A stretch of DNA of 63,543 nt, counting the filler, from Octopus bimaculoides (lineage: Eukaryota), in the NCBI RefSeq assembly GCF_001194135.2. It is 8 parts of 8 records of this genome, joined end to end, with 100 filler letters (N's around TTAATTAATTAA, not from the genome) between each part and the next. Parts side by side here need not be neighbours in the genome. Positions count along the whole stretch, not along the records: positions 14,542 to 28,901 come from NC_068989.1; positions 29,002 to 46,592 come from NC_068997.1; 6 more parts are not named here. One strand, 5' to 3'. This document shows, piece after piece, positions 24,901 through 36,988 of the stretch. The stretch's first letter is position 1. Each line of letters opens with the position of its first letter. Both the position numbers and the translations under genes were made by a program. Under the pieces are notes generated by a model, which saw only the letters and a list, made by a program, of their open reading frames with translations, was not told the origin of the DNA and did not search any database.

Positions 24901-27609
24901 TTGGATATATTAGGTCTCGTTATAATCAGGTTTCTTTCGTTGAGGTAGCGTAAAACGAAATATTGGTACGCGCGCGCGTGTCTGTATGTGTGTATATGTG
25001 TACGTATATGTATGTGAGTGCGTATGTGTGTGTGTGTACATGTGTATACGTGTGTGAGTAGTATGTGCGTGCGTGCGTCCGTGCGTGCCTGTGCATGTTA
25101 GGGTCTCTGTAAGAAACTTTGCAAGGCGGAAGTAGACTGCTTTTGGGCTCCCTGACGGCGGGGCTGGGGGTTCGTTCCGTGTACAAGATGCAATGAGTTT
25201 TTTTGTGGGTGGAGGTGCTGTTAGATATGCACGGGTGTAAGTGTGTATACCGAGACACACGCGAAAGCTACTTTGAGTACGGAAAACTTTAGATAACCTT
25301 TCATAGTGAACCCTAATTATAAACATATTCTCGTGCTTCAGGAATGAGGTCCCTTCTCGTACACTACATTCAAAACTCTTGCCGCCATACATACAATGAA
25401 GTAATTACTGGCTGTCGGTAAGAAAGCTGTCGTTCACAATTTTTTCCGTTTGCCAAATAAACACCGATGTCAGGCAAACGAATAAATAATATTTCTTCCT
25501 TCTCGGTGTTGATTCTTCGATGGTGCTGATTCTTCGAACAGAGTGGTGACATTTAGAAGAGATGACCCGGAAGTTGTTCCTCTTCGATTACTATCGTAAA
25601 CAGCAGTAACTTTCTTCAACAGAATACACGTCGTTGATTGATTGAAATTACCCAAATACAATTTTAACACGAAATAACTTCTAAAATACAAAATTTTGTC
25701 AAAAACGTTCAGAGTAAACCGTGTTCTACGTGAGAAATTCTACCAGTATTCGAAGTTTCAAACTGTTTAGTTAAAAAAAATAATTTAAAAACCTGTGATT
25801 GAGATGGAATAATTCCCTCGTTTATTAATGTTCCTAGTTTATCTTATGTCCATTGTCTGAAAATCTTTCATCACACATCTGTGACTTCTTCAGCGACCCT
25901 TTCCGTGCACACGTGTCCTCTTGCTCAGCTTAACGAGTGAAAAATGAATAGGCGGAGGTNNNNNNNNNNNNNNNNNNNNNNNNNNNNNNNNNNNNNNNNN
26001 NNNNNNNNNNNNNNNNNNNNNNNNNNNNNNNNNNNNNNNNNNNNNNNNNNNNNNNNNNNNNNNNNNNNNNNNNNNNNNNNNNNNNNNNNNNNNNNNNNNN
26101 NNNNNNNNNNNNNNNNNNNNNNNNNNNNNNNNNNNNNNNNNNNNNNNNNNNNNNNNNNNNNNNNNNNNNNNNNNNNNNNNNNNNNNNNNNNNNNNNNNNN
26201 NNNNNNNNNNNNNNNNNNNNNNNNNNNNNNNNNNNNNNNNNNNNNNNNNNNNNNNNNNNNNNNNNNNNNNNNNNNNNNNNNNNNNNNNNNNNNNNNNNNN
26301 NNNNNNNNNNNNNNNNNNNNNNNNNNNNNNNNNNNNNNNNNNNNNNNNNNNNNNNNNNNNNNNNNNNNNNNNNNNNNNNNNNNNNNNNNNNNNNNNNNNN
26401 NNNNNNNNNNNNNNNNNNNNNNNNNNNNATTTATTTTTGAAAAATTGGAATTTTACAAATTTTTTTTTCAGAATCATTATCTCCGTATTTTCATACGTAT
26501 TTCGCCCCAAAAAATTTCTAAAAAAAGTGAAAAATTGGTGTTATTTGTAAACTATAATAAAATAATTTTTAATATTCAAATTTTAATTTTAGCTGCAATA
26601 TTCTAAGTAAAAAGTTTCTTATTCTTTACTTGAAGTAATAGCTTGTCCTATACTTTTACAGGTGTAGTAACTTGTCCTGTACTTTTCCAGGTTTATAATC
26701 TTAAGAATATGACTTTTAATGCTCGTATTTATCCATGTAATCCATGATTTTTCCAGGCATTGCAGTTATAAGATAATTAATAATGTGTCAATAAATAATT
26801 TAAGATTTTATCTTATAAAATACTCAAATATAATATTTCAATTTTTCCATGTAAGTGATGATAATATTTCAATTTTTTTCATGTTTAATTTAAATATATG
26901 TTGTTATTGAATTATTTGATATTACCCATCCACACCAAATTAATGGCAGGGATTTTACCATGTTGTTGGAGGGCTTCATTTGCCTTCATTGCCTGTTTGT
27001 TGCTTCAGTAGAAATCTACGGATGCACAAACGCAGAAAACGGAGTAAAAAAAACCCCAAATATGGACGACTTGTTCCAAAACACCCCCGAGTGGGGAACA
27101 GTTCTCAGAAATAACCCCCAATTGTTTCCCTCCCAAATTCCTATGTCCTTGGAATCTACATAGCCCGAGGTATATTTGTAGAGAATTTCATTTTAAAATA
27201 TCGATTTTCTTGAAAGTTAAGACGAATTAAAGTGGACTCCGGTGAATTTTCAGAAATTCTCCACCCTACTAAAACACTTTACCTCCAAAATTTTCTATAT
27301 TCGGAATCTACAAGATATAACACATATTCGTACAAAATTTCATTAAAAAATATACATTTTTCTGAAAGTTATGATANNNNNNNNNNTCTACATAGCCCGA
27401 GGTATATTTGTAGAGAATTTCATTTTAAAATATCGATTTTCTTGAAAGTTAAGACGAATTAAAGTGGACTCCGGTGAATTTTCAGAAATTCTCCACCCTA
27501 CTAAAACACTTTACCTCCAAAATTTTCTATATTCGGAATCTACAAGATATAACACATATTCGTACAAAATTTCATTAAAAAATATACATTTTTCTGAAAG
27601 TTATGATAA

Positions 27610-28275
27610 GCCAAAGTCGGGGAGGAGGGGGGCAGAAATCTGTAGTTATGCCAATTTGTCTACAATATCAAGGTCAGCCAAAAGAATGTCTCTGTCCAGA
27701 GAATGAGAGATAGCTGCAGAAAAGGAAGCATGCTAACTAACGAACAGACTGTGCACAACAAAAGTCAGAGCATCTTAAAGTGATGAACAAGCGTATGCAC
27801 AACTAACAAGGAATGGGATTTTCACTGCAGAACGAAGAGCAGTTGCAACAGCTCAGAGAAGCAACTTTTATGAAGCAGGTTTCAATTATGATCCAGGAGT
27901 TCATTATGCAGATGACGCTAAAGTTTCTATTGGTGCAATGACAACTGAGTGCACACATTGTAAAGCAAAGAAGTAGTCTGGAGAGATATGCACTGTGCTG
28001 CAGTGGTGGAAAGGTTAAACTCCCTGCAATCCCCCAAACCTCCACAGCCATTGTAGAAACTGTTGTCATCAACTGACCAAGATTCCAAAACAAAATCAAA
28101 CAGTACAATGCTGCACTACAGATGACATCGTTTGAAGCCACAAGAGATAATAACTGAACCAGGATTCATGCAAACTTCCAAGGTCCAAGGTCAGATTTAT
28201 CATCGGATTCTCTCTCTACTACCTCTGTCAAATGAATCACCAAAATTTCTTCAGATATATTTTATGGTTGATTCT
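27610..28275 (+). mobile_element. Helitron Rep/helicase N-terminal fragment, decayed
   Basis: FNYDPGVHYADDAKVSIGAMTTECTHCKAKK; KQYNAALQMTSF; EPGFMQTSKVQGQIYHRILSLLPLSNESPKFLQIYF. These are typical Helitron N-terminal motifs. Confidence 0.85.
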
Positions 28276-28707
28276 CAACGAGAAGCTATAGTAGAAAACA
28301 CTTGCCCAAGGTACCACGCATTGGGACTGAACCCGGTACTATGTGTTTGGTAAGCAAGCTACTTACCACACAGCCACTCCTACACATATAGAGATATAGA
28401 TATAGATATAGATATATATATACCTCTATGTGTACATACATACATAACACACATACATACATACATACATACACACATACATACATACATACATACATAC
28501 ATACACACACGCGTGCGCGCGCGTGTGTATGTGTGTATGTGTCACTGAAGCCATTTATACATACATAAACAAATATATATATGTATATATACTATATATA
28601 CATACATACATATATATATATACATCTATATATAAATATCTATGTATATATATATGTGTGTGTGCGTGTTTATATATATATGTGTGTTTATATATGTGTA
28701 TATATAC

Positions 28708-28759
<52 letters not shown>

Positions 28760-29051
28760 ACTTGGGGATGGTCATATTGCCAGTTTAGCCAATAAAAACA
28801 CACGCACTGTATATTTGGTGTTAATTTTTTTTTTTTCAGCTTTATATTACATTAATCTTAATCTTAATCTTATTTCGGCCAGAGTTCTTTCGTCACACTT
28901 CNNNNNNNNNNNNNNNNNNNNNNNNNNNNNNNNNNNNNNNNNNNNTTAATTAATTAANNNNNNNNNNNNNNNNNNNNNNNNNNNNNNNNNNNNNNNNNNN
29001 NTTTCCTTTATGTATCTACAAATAAATGATCCAGGGTGTATTTCATTTTAA

Positions 29052-29525
29052 CCCTTTCAATACTGTATCTATTTTGAGATGCTCTCTGTTTCTTTCAATT
29101 ACTTTAAATATAACAAAGAATTTAGTAAAATAACTTGGTTATCATTAAGCCAGTGTTAGGAACATAAATTGTGACTAATTTTTGGTGGAGGATTTTAATT
29201 CAAAACTTATGAAAACAAGACATTTGTACTACAGAGCCAGAGGTGGTTTTAGCCAGGTTGGAATCAAAAAGGTTAAGAATTGTTTCTCAATTATATATTT
29301 TAACCCTTTTGTTACCATATTTCTGTTGAGATGCTCTGTGTTTCTTTCAATTAATTTTAAATATAACAAAGAATTTAGTCAAATAACTTAGCTATCATTA
29401 AGCTGGTGTTAGGATCATAAATTGTGACTAAGGTTTGGTGGAAGATTTTAATTCAAAACATATGAAAACAAGACAATTGTACTACAGGGCCAGAGGCGGT
29501 TTCAGCTGGGTTGATAATGAAGGGG
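29052..29525 (+). mobile_element. Two tandem piggyBac-like MITEs (29052-29272 and 29304-29525)
   Basis: Each reads TTAA|CCCTTT...A(A/G)GG|TTAA and the two ~220-bp bodies are similar. A related copy lies at ~56930-57130. Confidence 0.65.
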
Positions 29526-31697
29526 TTAAGATGATAAGGCATGTTTTGAAATTTGACTCCATCTCTGGCAAGTTAAGAAACCACATAGAGAGGGTAAATA
29601 TACGTTTGTTTATAATTTTAATGATTAGATTTAATTAATATTTCATCTTTATCTTAGAGTATTTGTTATTGCTTTTTTTTAGTAGGTTTAGTCAATTGTT
29701 TGATTTAAGGTAACTTTTCTCATAGTACTAATAATCTGCCTGAGGGCCCGGCATCATCTCTACCCATATAGTACCAATATACTCTTTTAAATTGTTTTAC
29801 AATAGTAGGAACTATATAACTTTAATGACTATGTAATGGTTATTAAGCATATTTAGTACTGTGGCAACTAGGGAGTTTCATTATTTCATAATATTCAGCA
29901 TGTGATTTCACCTTAAATATTAACTACCTAATTGTAAGTGCCTTTTTATTTTTGCATTGCAAATTGAATAGTGAGGACATCACCAACAGTAAACAACATG
30001 AAATGCAAAATGAGTTCAATATGCAAACGAGACAAACAAATGGAAAACAGGACAAGTAACAGTTGTCAGCTGTCTATCTGCTCCTCATTTCGAGCATTGA
30101 ATGACAATATGAGTCTTTGAAGACTCCCATAAGTGCTCCTATAAGTACCTGGGAAAGTCTGAAGGCTGTTTTGCGTAAAATTATTAAGCATACGTAAATT
30201 TCATCCATGTAATTGGCTATACAAATGCTTGTGCAAAACAACCTTTTGCGCTGCCCTGATTATACATAGCAGGGTAATCCCTTTTAGCAGGAGCTAGGAC
30301 GGCAATTTCTGATGAAGCAATTGCTGGCGATCTGTTGCTACACAGTTTTGCCAGAATTCTATCAGATTGGGCAGAAGATGTTGATGAACCATTTTGCATT
30401 ATGTTCAAAATAGCTTCTGGAATGTGGTGCATTACTGCAGTCTGTTGCTGTCATTTTAAACCGGTTGCTGTCTTTCCCCAGCAAACTCTCTTCTTTGGAG
30501 GCATAATCTATGTATACATTNNNNNNNNNNNNNNNNNNNNNNNNNNNNNNNNNNNNNNNNNNNNNNNNNNNNNNNNNNNNNNNNNNNNNNNNNNNNNNNN
30601 NNNNNNNNNNNNNNNNNNNNNNNNNNNNNNNNNNNNNNNNNNNNNNNNNNNNNNNNNNNNNNNNNNNNNNNNNNNNNNNNNNNNNNNNNNNNNNNNNNNN
30701 NNNNNNNNNNNNNNNNNNNNNNNNNNNNNNNNNNNNNNNNNNNNNNNNNNNNNNNNNNNNNNNNNNNNNNNNNNNNNNNNNNNNNNNNNNNNNNNNNNNN
30801 NNNNNNNNNNNNNNNNNNNNNNNNNNNNNNNNNNNNNNNNNNNNNNNNNNNNNNNNNNNNNNNNNNNNNNNNNNNNNNNNNNNNNNNNNNNNNNNNNNNN
30901 NNNNNNNNNNNNNNNNNNNNNNNNNNNNNNNNNNNNNNNNNNNNNNNNNNNNNNNNNNNNNNNNNNNNNNNNNNNNNNNNNNNNNNNNNNNNNNNNNNNN
31001 NNNNNNNNNNNNNNNNNNNNNNNNNNNNNNNNNNNNNNNNNNNNNNNNNNNNNNNNNNNNNNNNNNNNNNNNNAGAAATGAATAGAGATTGAGAGCAATG
31101 TGTATGTTGTTGTCACAGGTCATGTATGTGTGGTTGTGTGTGTTTTTACGTATCTATGTTATGAAAAATAGGTAAAGAATACTGAGATGAAAGTTTAATC
31201 TATGACGTTGTATGTATCACTTTCTCTCTCTCTCCCTCTCCTTCTTTTACTCTTACTCTATATTTTTATGTTGAGCGCGTGTGTAAGAATGGCGTCCAGG
31301 TAGAAGGGATGAAATATAAAAGTTGCTAGAAACAACAGCCAAATCTCCCTTAAATCACACAAAGTAAATGGAATTTTAAAAAATCTAATTACTGCACTGG
31401 AAAGTTCAGATCGAGAAAATTCCATTGATGTAATCAATTTTTACGAAAAAGTGGAAAATGTGGATTTCTATAAACTTTAAAAAAAACTTCACACAGACAC
31501 ACAATTTCAGCTTTATATATTAAGATAAATGTGGTCCAATCGATGCGTTTGTTAATCTGAGGTTTTCTCAGTTTTCTGATTATTTGCATTGGTTCCTGAT
31601 AAACTCTTGTTTATCCTGTTCTTACTTGCACTCTACGTGCATGGTGTGCCTGCACACCAATGCCCAAGGATAACACGGGTAACGGATACTGATAGTA

Positions 31698-33078
31698 CAG
31701 GGTGTTCTAAAAGACTTTCCACAGTGAATTTTTTTTTTTTCATTCTGCACATGCACGACTTGGCTATCACAGCATGAGCGGCTGGGTGTCAGCCTTTGTC
31801 CCTCAGTCACTGTGTACCCTTCAGCATGTCGACATGCTAACCATTGAAAAACATAAATTTTTAGGTGAATGGGTGTTTTGAGCGGCGAAACAAATGCAGA
31901 AATACTGTGAAACAGAAGTTCAGTGAAACCTTTCCAAATATTTTTCTTCCACATCGTGACACTGTGTAGGATTTGATAAGAAAATTTAGAAACACAGGCT
32001 CAGTGGAAGATGCAGCAAGAAGCAGTAGGCCTACTGTTCTTTCAGACGAAACACTCTCCAATATTTCTGGTAAACTGTTGGCAAGCCTATCAAAGTCCTT
32101 GTGCAAATTGTCACAGGAAACGGAAATCAGCCTAGGAAGTGCTCACACGGCAGTAAAAAAGTAATTAAATTTCTTTCCATACAAAGTGCTGGCCATTCAA
32201 GAATTGAAGACTACAGATCATGCTAAAAGGCTTCATTATTGTTATTGGTTCCAAAACTTTGTTGCCGAAAAAGGCATAGAAGTGCTGGTCGGGGCACATA
32301 AATTCGCAAAACTGAGAATCCACACGCGACACATGAGCAACCTCTGCATATCGAAAAGGTTGGAGTATGGATAGCAATTTCGAGAAAGCGTATTGTGGGA
32401 CCGATATTTTTTGAAGACACCATCAACACCGAGAGATGTTGCTCAAATATTGTCTATCCATTTGTAGGTCAACTCACCGAAAGTGAAATTAATAATGTAT
32501 TCTTTCAGCAAGATGAAGCTACAGCGCATACTTCGCCCATCACCATGGCGTTACTTCAAGAGTTTTACGGTGAACGGATTATTTCGAAGGAACTTTGGCC
32601 ACAAAGATCACCTGATTTAACACCGCCAGACTTCTTTTTTTTTTTCTGGGGAGCAAGTAAAGGATCAGTGTACAAGAATCGCCCAAAAGCCATTAATGAT
32701 ATTCTAACCTCATAAGAAATATTGTGAGCAACTGCACGAACAGACCCCAATAAAGCATATTTAGAATTAGAAAACCAACCGGCCCCTATAACAGAATATA
32801 CACCAATAACTAGAAATATGTAAAAATATTATCATCCTTATACCATGCGATCATAACCTTCACATGGTCCATATCGCGTCGGACTCTCCAAGATATATTT
32901 CAAAACATGTGTAGAAGAGTCGACTTCTGTATTGAAAATGAAGGACGACACCTCCAACACCTCTTATAAAGTTTTTTCAAGTCTTGTAAAGTCTAATATA
33001 TTCTTTTGTAGTCTTATACCATTTCATAAATATTTATTTTGCAATAAAATACTGCGGAGAGATCTTTTGAACACCCTG
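31698..33078 (+). mobile_element. Full-length but decayed Tc1/mariner DNA transposon (rosa/DD41D-related), ~1.38 kb
   Basis: TA|CAGGGTGTTCTAAAAGA ... TCTTTTGAACACCCTG|TA gives TIRs plus a TA TSD. The broken transposase includes IRKFRNTGSVEDAARSSRP, KVGVWIAISRKRIVGPIFFE and FQQDEATAHT...[14 protein letters not shown]. Confidence 0.92.
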
Positions 33079-33263
33079 TATATACGGATATTTTATCCCT
33101 TAGTCGGTTTTATAACTGCTAACTCTCTCTCTCTCTCTCTCTCTATCTTATATATATAAAATATAGAAAATATTATATTATTATATTAGAAAATATTATA
33201 TTAGAAACAATATTATTATTTTATTGGCTAAACTGGCAATATGACCATCCCCAAGTACACCAA

Positions 33264-33303
<40 letters not shown>

Positions 33304-33439
33304 TGTAATATATGATTCCTGTACATCACCTCCAAAAGAACCAAGGTTCATGAACTCATCGATGAAAATCCACTGTCACATATAGAAAAATTAATAATTA
33401 AAAGCACAATAAATAAGTATAATATAATACAAAGTAAAT

Positions 33440-33477
<38 letters not shown>

Positions 33478-34274
33478 NNNNNNNNNNNNNNNNNNNNNNN
33501 NNNNNNNNNNNNNNNNNNNNNNNNNNNNNNNNNNNNNNNNNNNNNNNNNNNNNNNNNNNNNNNNNNNNNNNNNNNNNNNNNNNNNNNNNNNNNNNNNNNN
33601 NNNNNNNNNNNNNNNNNNNNNNNNNNNNNNNNNNNNNNNNNNNNNNNNNNNNNNNNNNNNNNNNNNNNNNNNNNNNNNNNNNNNNNNNNNNNNNNNNNNN
33701 NNNNNNNNNNNNNNNNNNNNNNNNNNNNNNNNNNNNNNNNNNNNNNNNNNNNNNNNNNNNNNNNNNNNNNNNNNNNNNNNNNNNNNNNNNNNNNNNNNNN
33801 NNNNNNNNNNNNNNNNNNNNNNNNNNNNNNNNNNNNNNNNNNNNNNNNNNNNNNNNNNNNNNNNNNNNNNNNNNNNNNNNNNNNNNNNNNNNNNNNNNNN
33901 NNNNNNNNNNNNNNNNNNNNNNNNNNNNNNNNNNNNNNNNNNNNNNNNNNNNNNNNNNNNNNNNNNNNNNNNNNNNNNNNNNNNNNNNNNNNNNNNNNNN
34001 NNNNNNNNNNNNNNNNNNNNNNNNNNNNNNNNNNNNNNNNNNNNNNNNNNNNNNNNNNNNNNNNNNNNNNNNNNNNNNNNNNNNNNNNNNNNNNNNNNNN
34101 NNNNNNNNNNNNNNNNNNNNNNNNNNNNNNNNNNNNNNNNNNNNNNNNNNNNNNNNNNNNNNNNNNNNNNNNNNNNNNNNNNNNNNNNNNNNNNNNNNNN
34201 NNNNNNNNNNNNNNNNNNNNNNNNNNNNNNNNNNNATTATGTAAATAAAGATATTCGAAGTATTGTAGCACATA

Positions 34275-34590
34275 CTCTTTTACTTGTTTCAGTCTTTTGA
34301 CTGTGGCCATGCTGGAGCACCGCCTTTAGTCGAGCAAATCGACCCCAGGACTTATTCTTTAGAAGCCTAGTACTTATTCTATCGGTCTGTTTTGCCGAAC
34401 CGCTAAGTTACGGGGACATAAACACACCAGCATCGGTTGTCAAGCGATGTTGGGGGGGCAAACACGGACACACATACACATACATATATATATATATATA
34501 TATACGACGGGCTTCTTTCAGTTTCCGTCTACCAAATCCACTCACAAGGCTTTGGTCGGCCCGAGGCTATAGTAGAAGACACTTGCCCTA
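34275..34590 (-). mobile_element. SINE family A copy
   Basis: High similarity to the reverse complement of 45420-45730. Confidence 0.85.
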
Positions 34591-35207
34591 GTATATGAAA
34601 CAACAAACTTGCTGTGTTTATGTTGTTGCAGTAAATAAAAGCCAAAGAAAACGTTTTATCGAGGAGAAGAAGAAATAGAAGAAGACGCTGCCAAAGAAAA
34701 CTTTCCTCTAACTTCATCATTTGAAAGTTGTTTCTTTAGTTGTTTTTTTAGAGGAACAAAACGGGTCATTAAAATGAAAAAGAGAAATACATTGCGTAAT
34801 TCCCCAGCTATGTCTAGGATTGTGTGATTTCCCCCATAAATAATTCGATGATTGGTGATTTATGAAGGTTTTAAAATAACACGAAACCGAGAAGTGGAAA
34901 AGGTTTTCAACGAAATTGTGGAAATAGATTTAATAAGTTTTATTAGTTATAATATAAATATATATATATATGCATAAATTTATATATGTGTATGTGTGTA
35001 TAAATGTACGCACGTGCGTACACGACCGTATAGAAATGTATGTATATCGTATATATGAGTATGTTGTATATAATTATGCTTATATGTTTATATAAATGTG
35101 TCTATGTAAATAGATAGATTGATGGATAGATAGTGAGAGAGAGATAAATAGATAGATAGACAGACAGATAAATAGATAGATAGACATATTGAAAAAAAAC
35201 AACGAAC

Positions 35208-35248
35208 CAATTTCCTGATCCAATGATACAAACTCTCTTCGGAGCCAT
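35208..35248 (-). CDS. GPD1: First coding exon of NAD-dependent glycerol-3-phosphate dehydrogenase (GPD1/Gpdh)
   Basis: ATG GCT CCG AAG AGA GTT TGT ATC ATT GGA TCA GGA AAT TG|gttcgt encodes MAPKRVCIIGSGN(W), matching the GPD1 N-terminal Rossmann motif (K-V-C-I-V-G-S-G-N-W-G). The 41-nt length and phase-2 intron inside the Trp codon match the animal GPD1 exon-1 structure as I recall it. Confidence 0.85.
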
Positions 35249-35479
35249 GTTCGTGGCATAAGTCAATGGAGATTGTTGTGTGTGTAGTAGCGTGCGTTTA
35301 GTAGCGAACGATAGAAAGTTAAATGGCGTTGACAAAAGCCTGTAGCAGACGATATCCTTGAGACTGTTTGCAAGGACATTGGTGTCAAGGCATACAGTGC
35401 GATGGTGGTGGTGACGATGGGAGTAGGTGGTAGTGGTGATGGTGCATCTGCGAATGTGGTAGGACGTACACCTGAGCAT
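35249..35479 (-). CDS. Possible in-frame 77-aa N-terminal extension of GPD1 (mitochondrial presequence-like)
   Basis: ATG at 35479 is in frame with the GPD1 ATG with no intervening stop: MLRCTSYHIRRC...CYRLLSTPFNFLSFATKRTLLHTQQSPLTYATN. It has 9 R/K and only 2 acidic residues. Confidence 0.4.
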
Positions 35480-36289
35480 GGGGTAAGAAGTGAATCCGGA
35501 CCACAGCACTGCAGAAGGAGAAGAGACTAGAACGGGGTCAGACGGGCCAAGTGACACCCAGCTGTTACATCAAATTATTATTATTTAGTTTGTACTGTTA
35601 TCGCCTCGTTAAATGTGTATAAACTGCTGATATAAACTACTGATAAATAAAAAGGGAGTGTTTTATTAAAGCACAGAAAGTCCAATAAATTAGATGAACA
35701 TGAACAAAACGAACACAAAAAAATATTAGATGCTGATGCTGCCAATGAATATTTTTTGTCTTTTTGAAATAGTTGTAAGCGTGACTGTGTAGGAAGTGGT
35801 TTGCCTTCCAATCACATGTTTCCGAGTTCAGTCCCACTGCGTAGCACCAGAGACAACTGTAGCCCTGTAGCTCTGGGTCTATCAAAACCTTGCGAGTAGA
35901 TTTGGCAGACGGAAACTGAAAGAAGCATATCGTTTGCGTGTGTGTAAAGTGGCGGATTGTCCTGGTTGCCAACTTGCTCAATGGAAAATGAACCCCCTGC
36001 ACCATTAGAATCCATATATGGGGGCCCATGTTAGTATATAAGGGGCCCGTCCCCTCGAGTTTGAGAATTTTTTTATTTACTCCTGGAAAATGCATTACTT
36101 CAGCCTGGCCGTGTTTGTAGACAGTTGAAAAGAATACTTTTAACAAAAAGAAAAAAAAACTTAATGATAGCATTGCAGTTGTGGGTGGACTCCCTTCGTC
36201 TCCTGGCAACCAATATTTTTAGACCCAAGTCCGTCAGTGTAGATGTATGTATGTATGTATGCATGCCTGTAAGCATGCATGTATGTATG

Positions 36290-36988
36290 TATTTTTTTGG
36301 AAATATTTTCTCGGATTCCTACCTTTTGGATGTCGGAGATTACGAATATGCGAAAAACAAATATTTTAGATTTTAGTGCCCCCCCATCCCGGAATTTTCA
36401 AATTTTGATTTTGTTTACTGTGAAGAGATTGTAACAAATTGACGAACATATGCAAATCGAAATTAAATATAGACAAAAAATATTAAAGTGAGAAGAATTT
36501 GCGTTTTACTTGTGTTTGCCTAAAATAATCGTAAAACTTTTTCAGCCATATATTTGTCTATCTATTTATCCCTATTCGTTTATTCATATCTATCTATTTA
36601 TCCTATCAATCTATCTATCTGCTTATTAAATAGAAAATTTTGAAAACGTGGTTTCTTGGATATTCGGAATCTGTCATCGAAAACATAAGGAACCCACTTA
36701 AAAAAAAAAAGAATCTGAATTGTCTGTTTTTTTGGGGGGTGGGGTGACTGTGCGTGAGGTCCTCCAGAGAGGCGTGGGTGAAATTTTTAAAAATTTTAAA
36801 TTCGAGAGAGGGGAGGTTGAGGTGAGTATTTTAAATTTGGAAAAGGTGGTTTTAAAAAGAAAATACGGAAAAATTGAAGATTTTAAATTGTGGGATTTTA
36901 AATTTGTTTTTTTTTCTTTTGCACATTCGTAATCTCCGACATCTAAATCGTAGGAATCGGAAAAAATACTTTCAAAAAAATGCATTTT
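36290..36988. mobile_element. Fold-back/MITE with ~90-bp inverted arms
   Basis: tttttttggaaatattttctcggattcctacc..gatgtcggagattacgaatatgc versus gcacattcgtaatctccgacatc..gtaggaatcggaaaaaatactttcaaaaaaa. Confidence 0.75.

Noticed and set aside
27157-27608. Apparently exact ~230-bp tandem duplication
   Set aside because: The two copies are separated only by a 10-N gap, which is typical of unmerged contig overlap.
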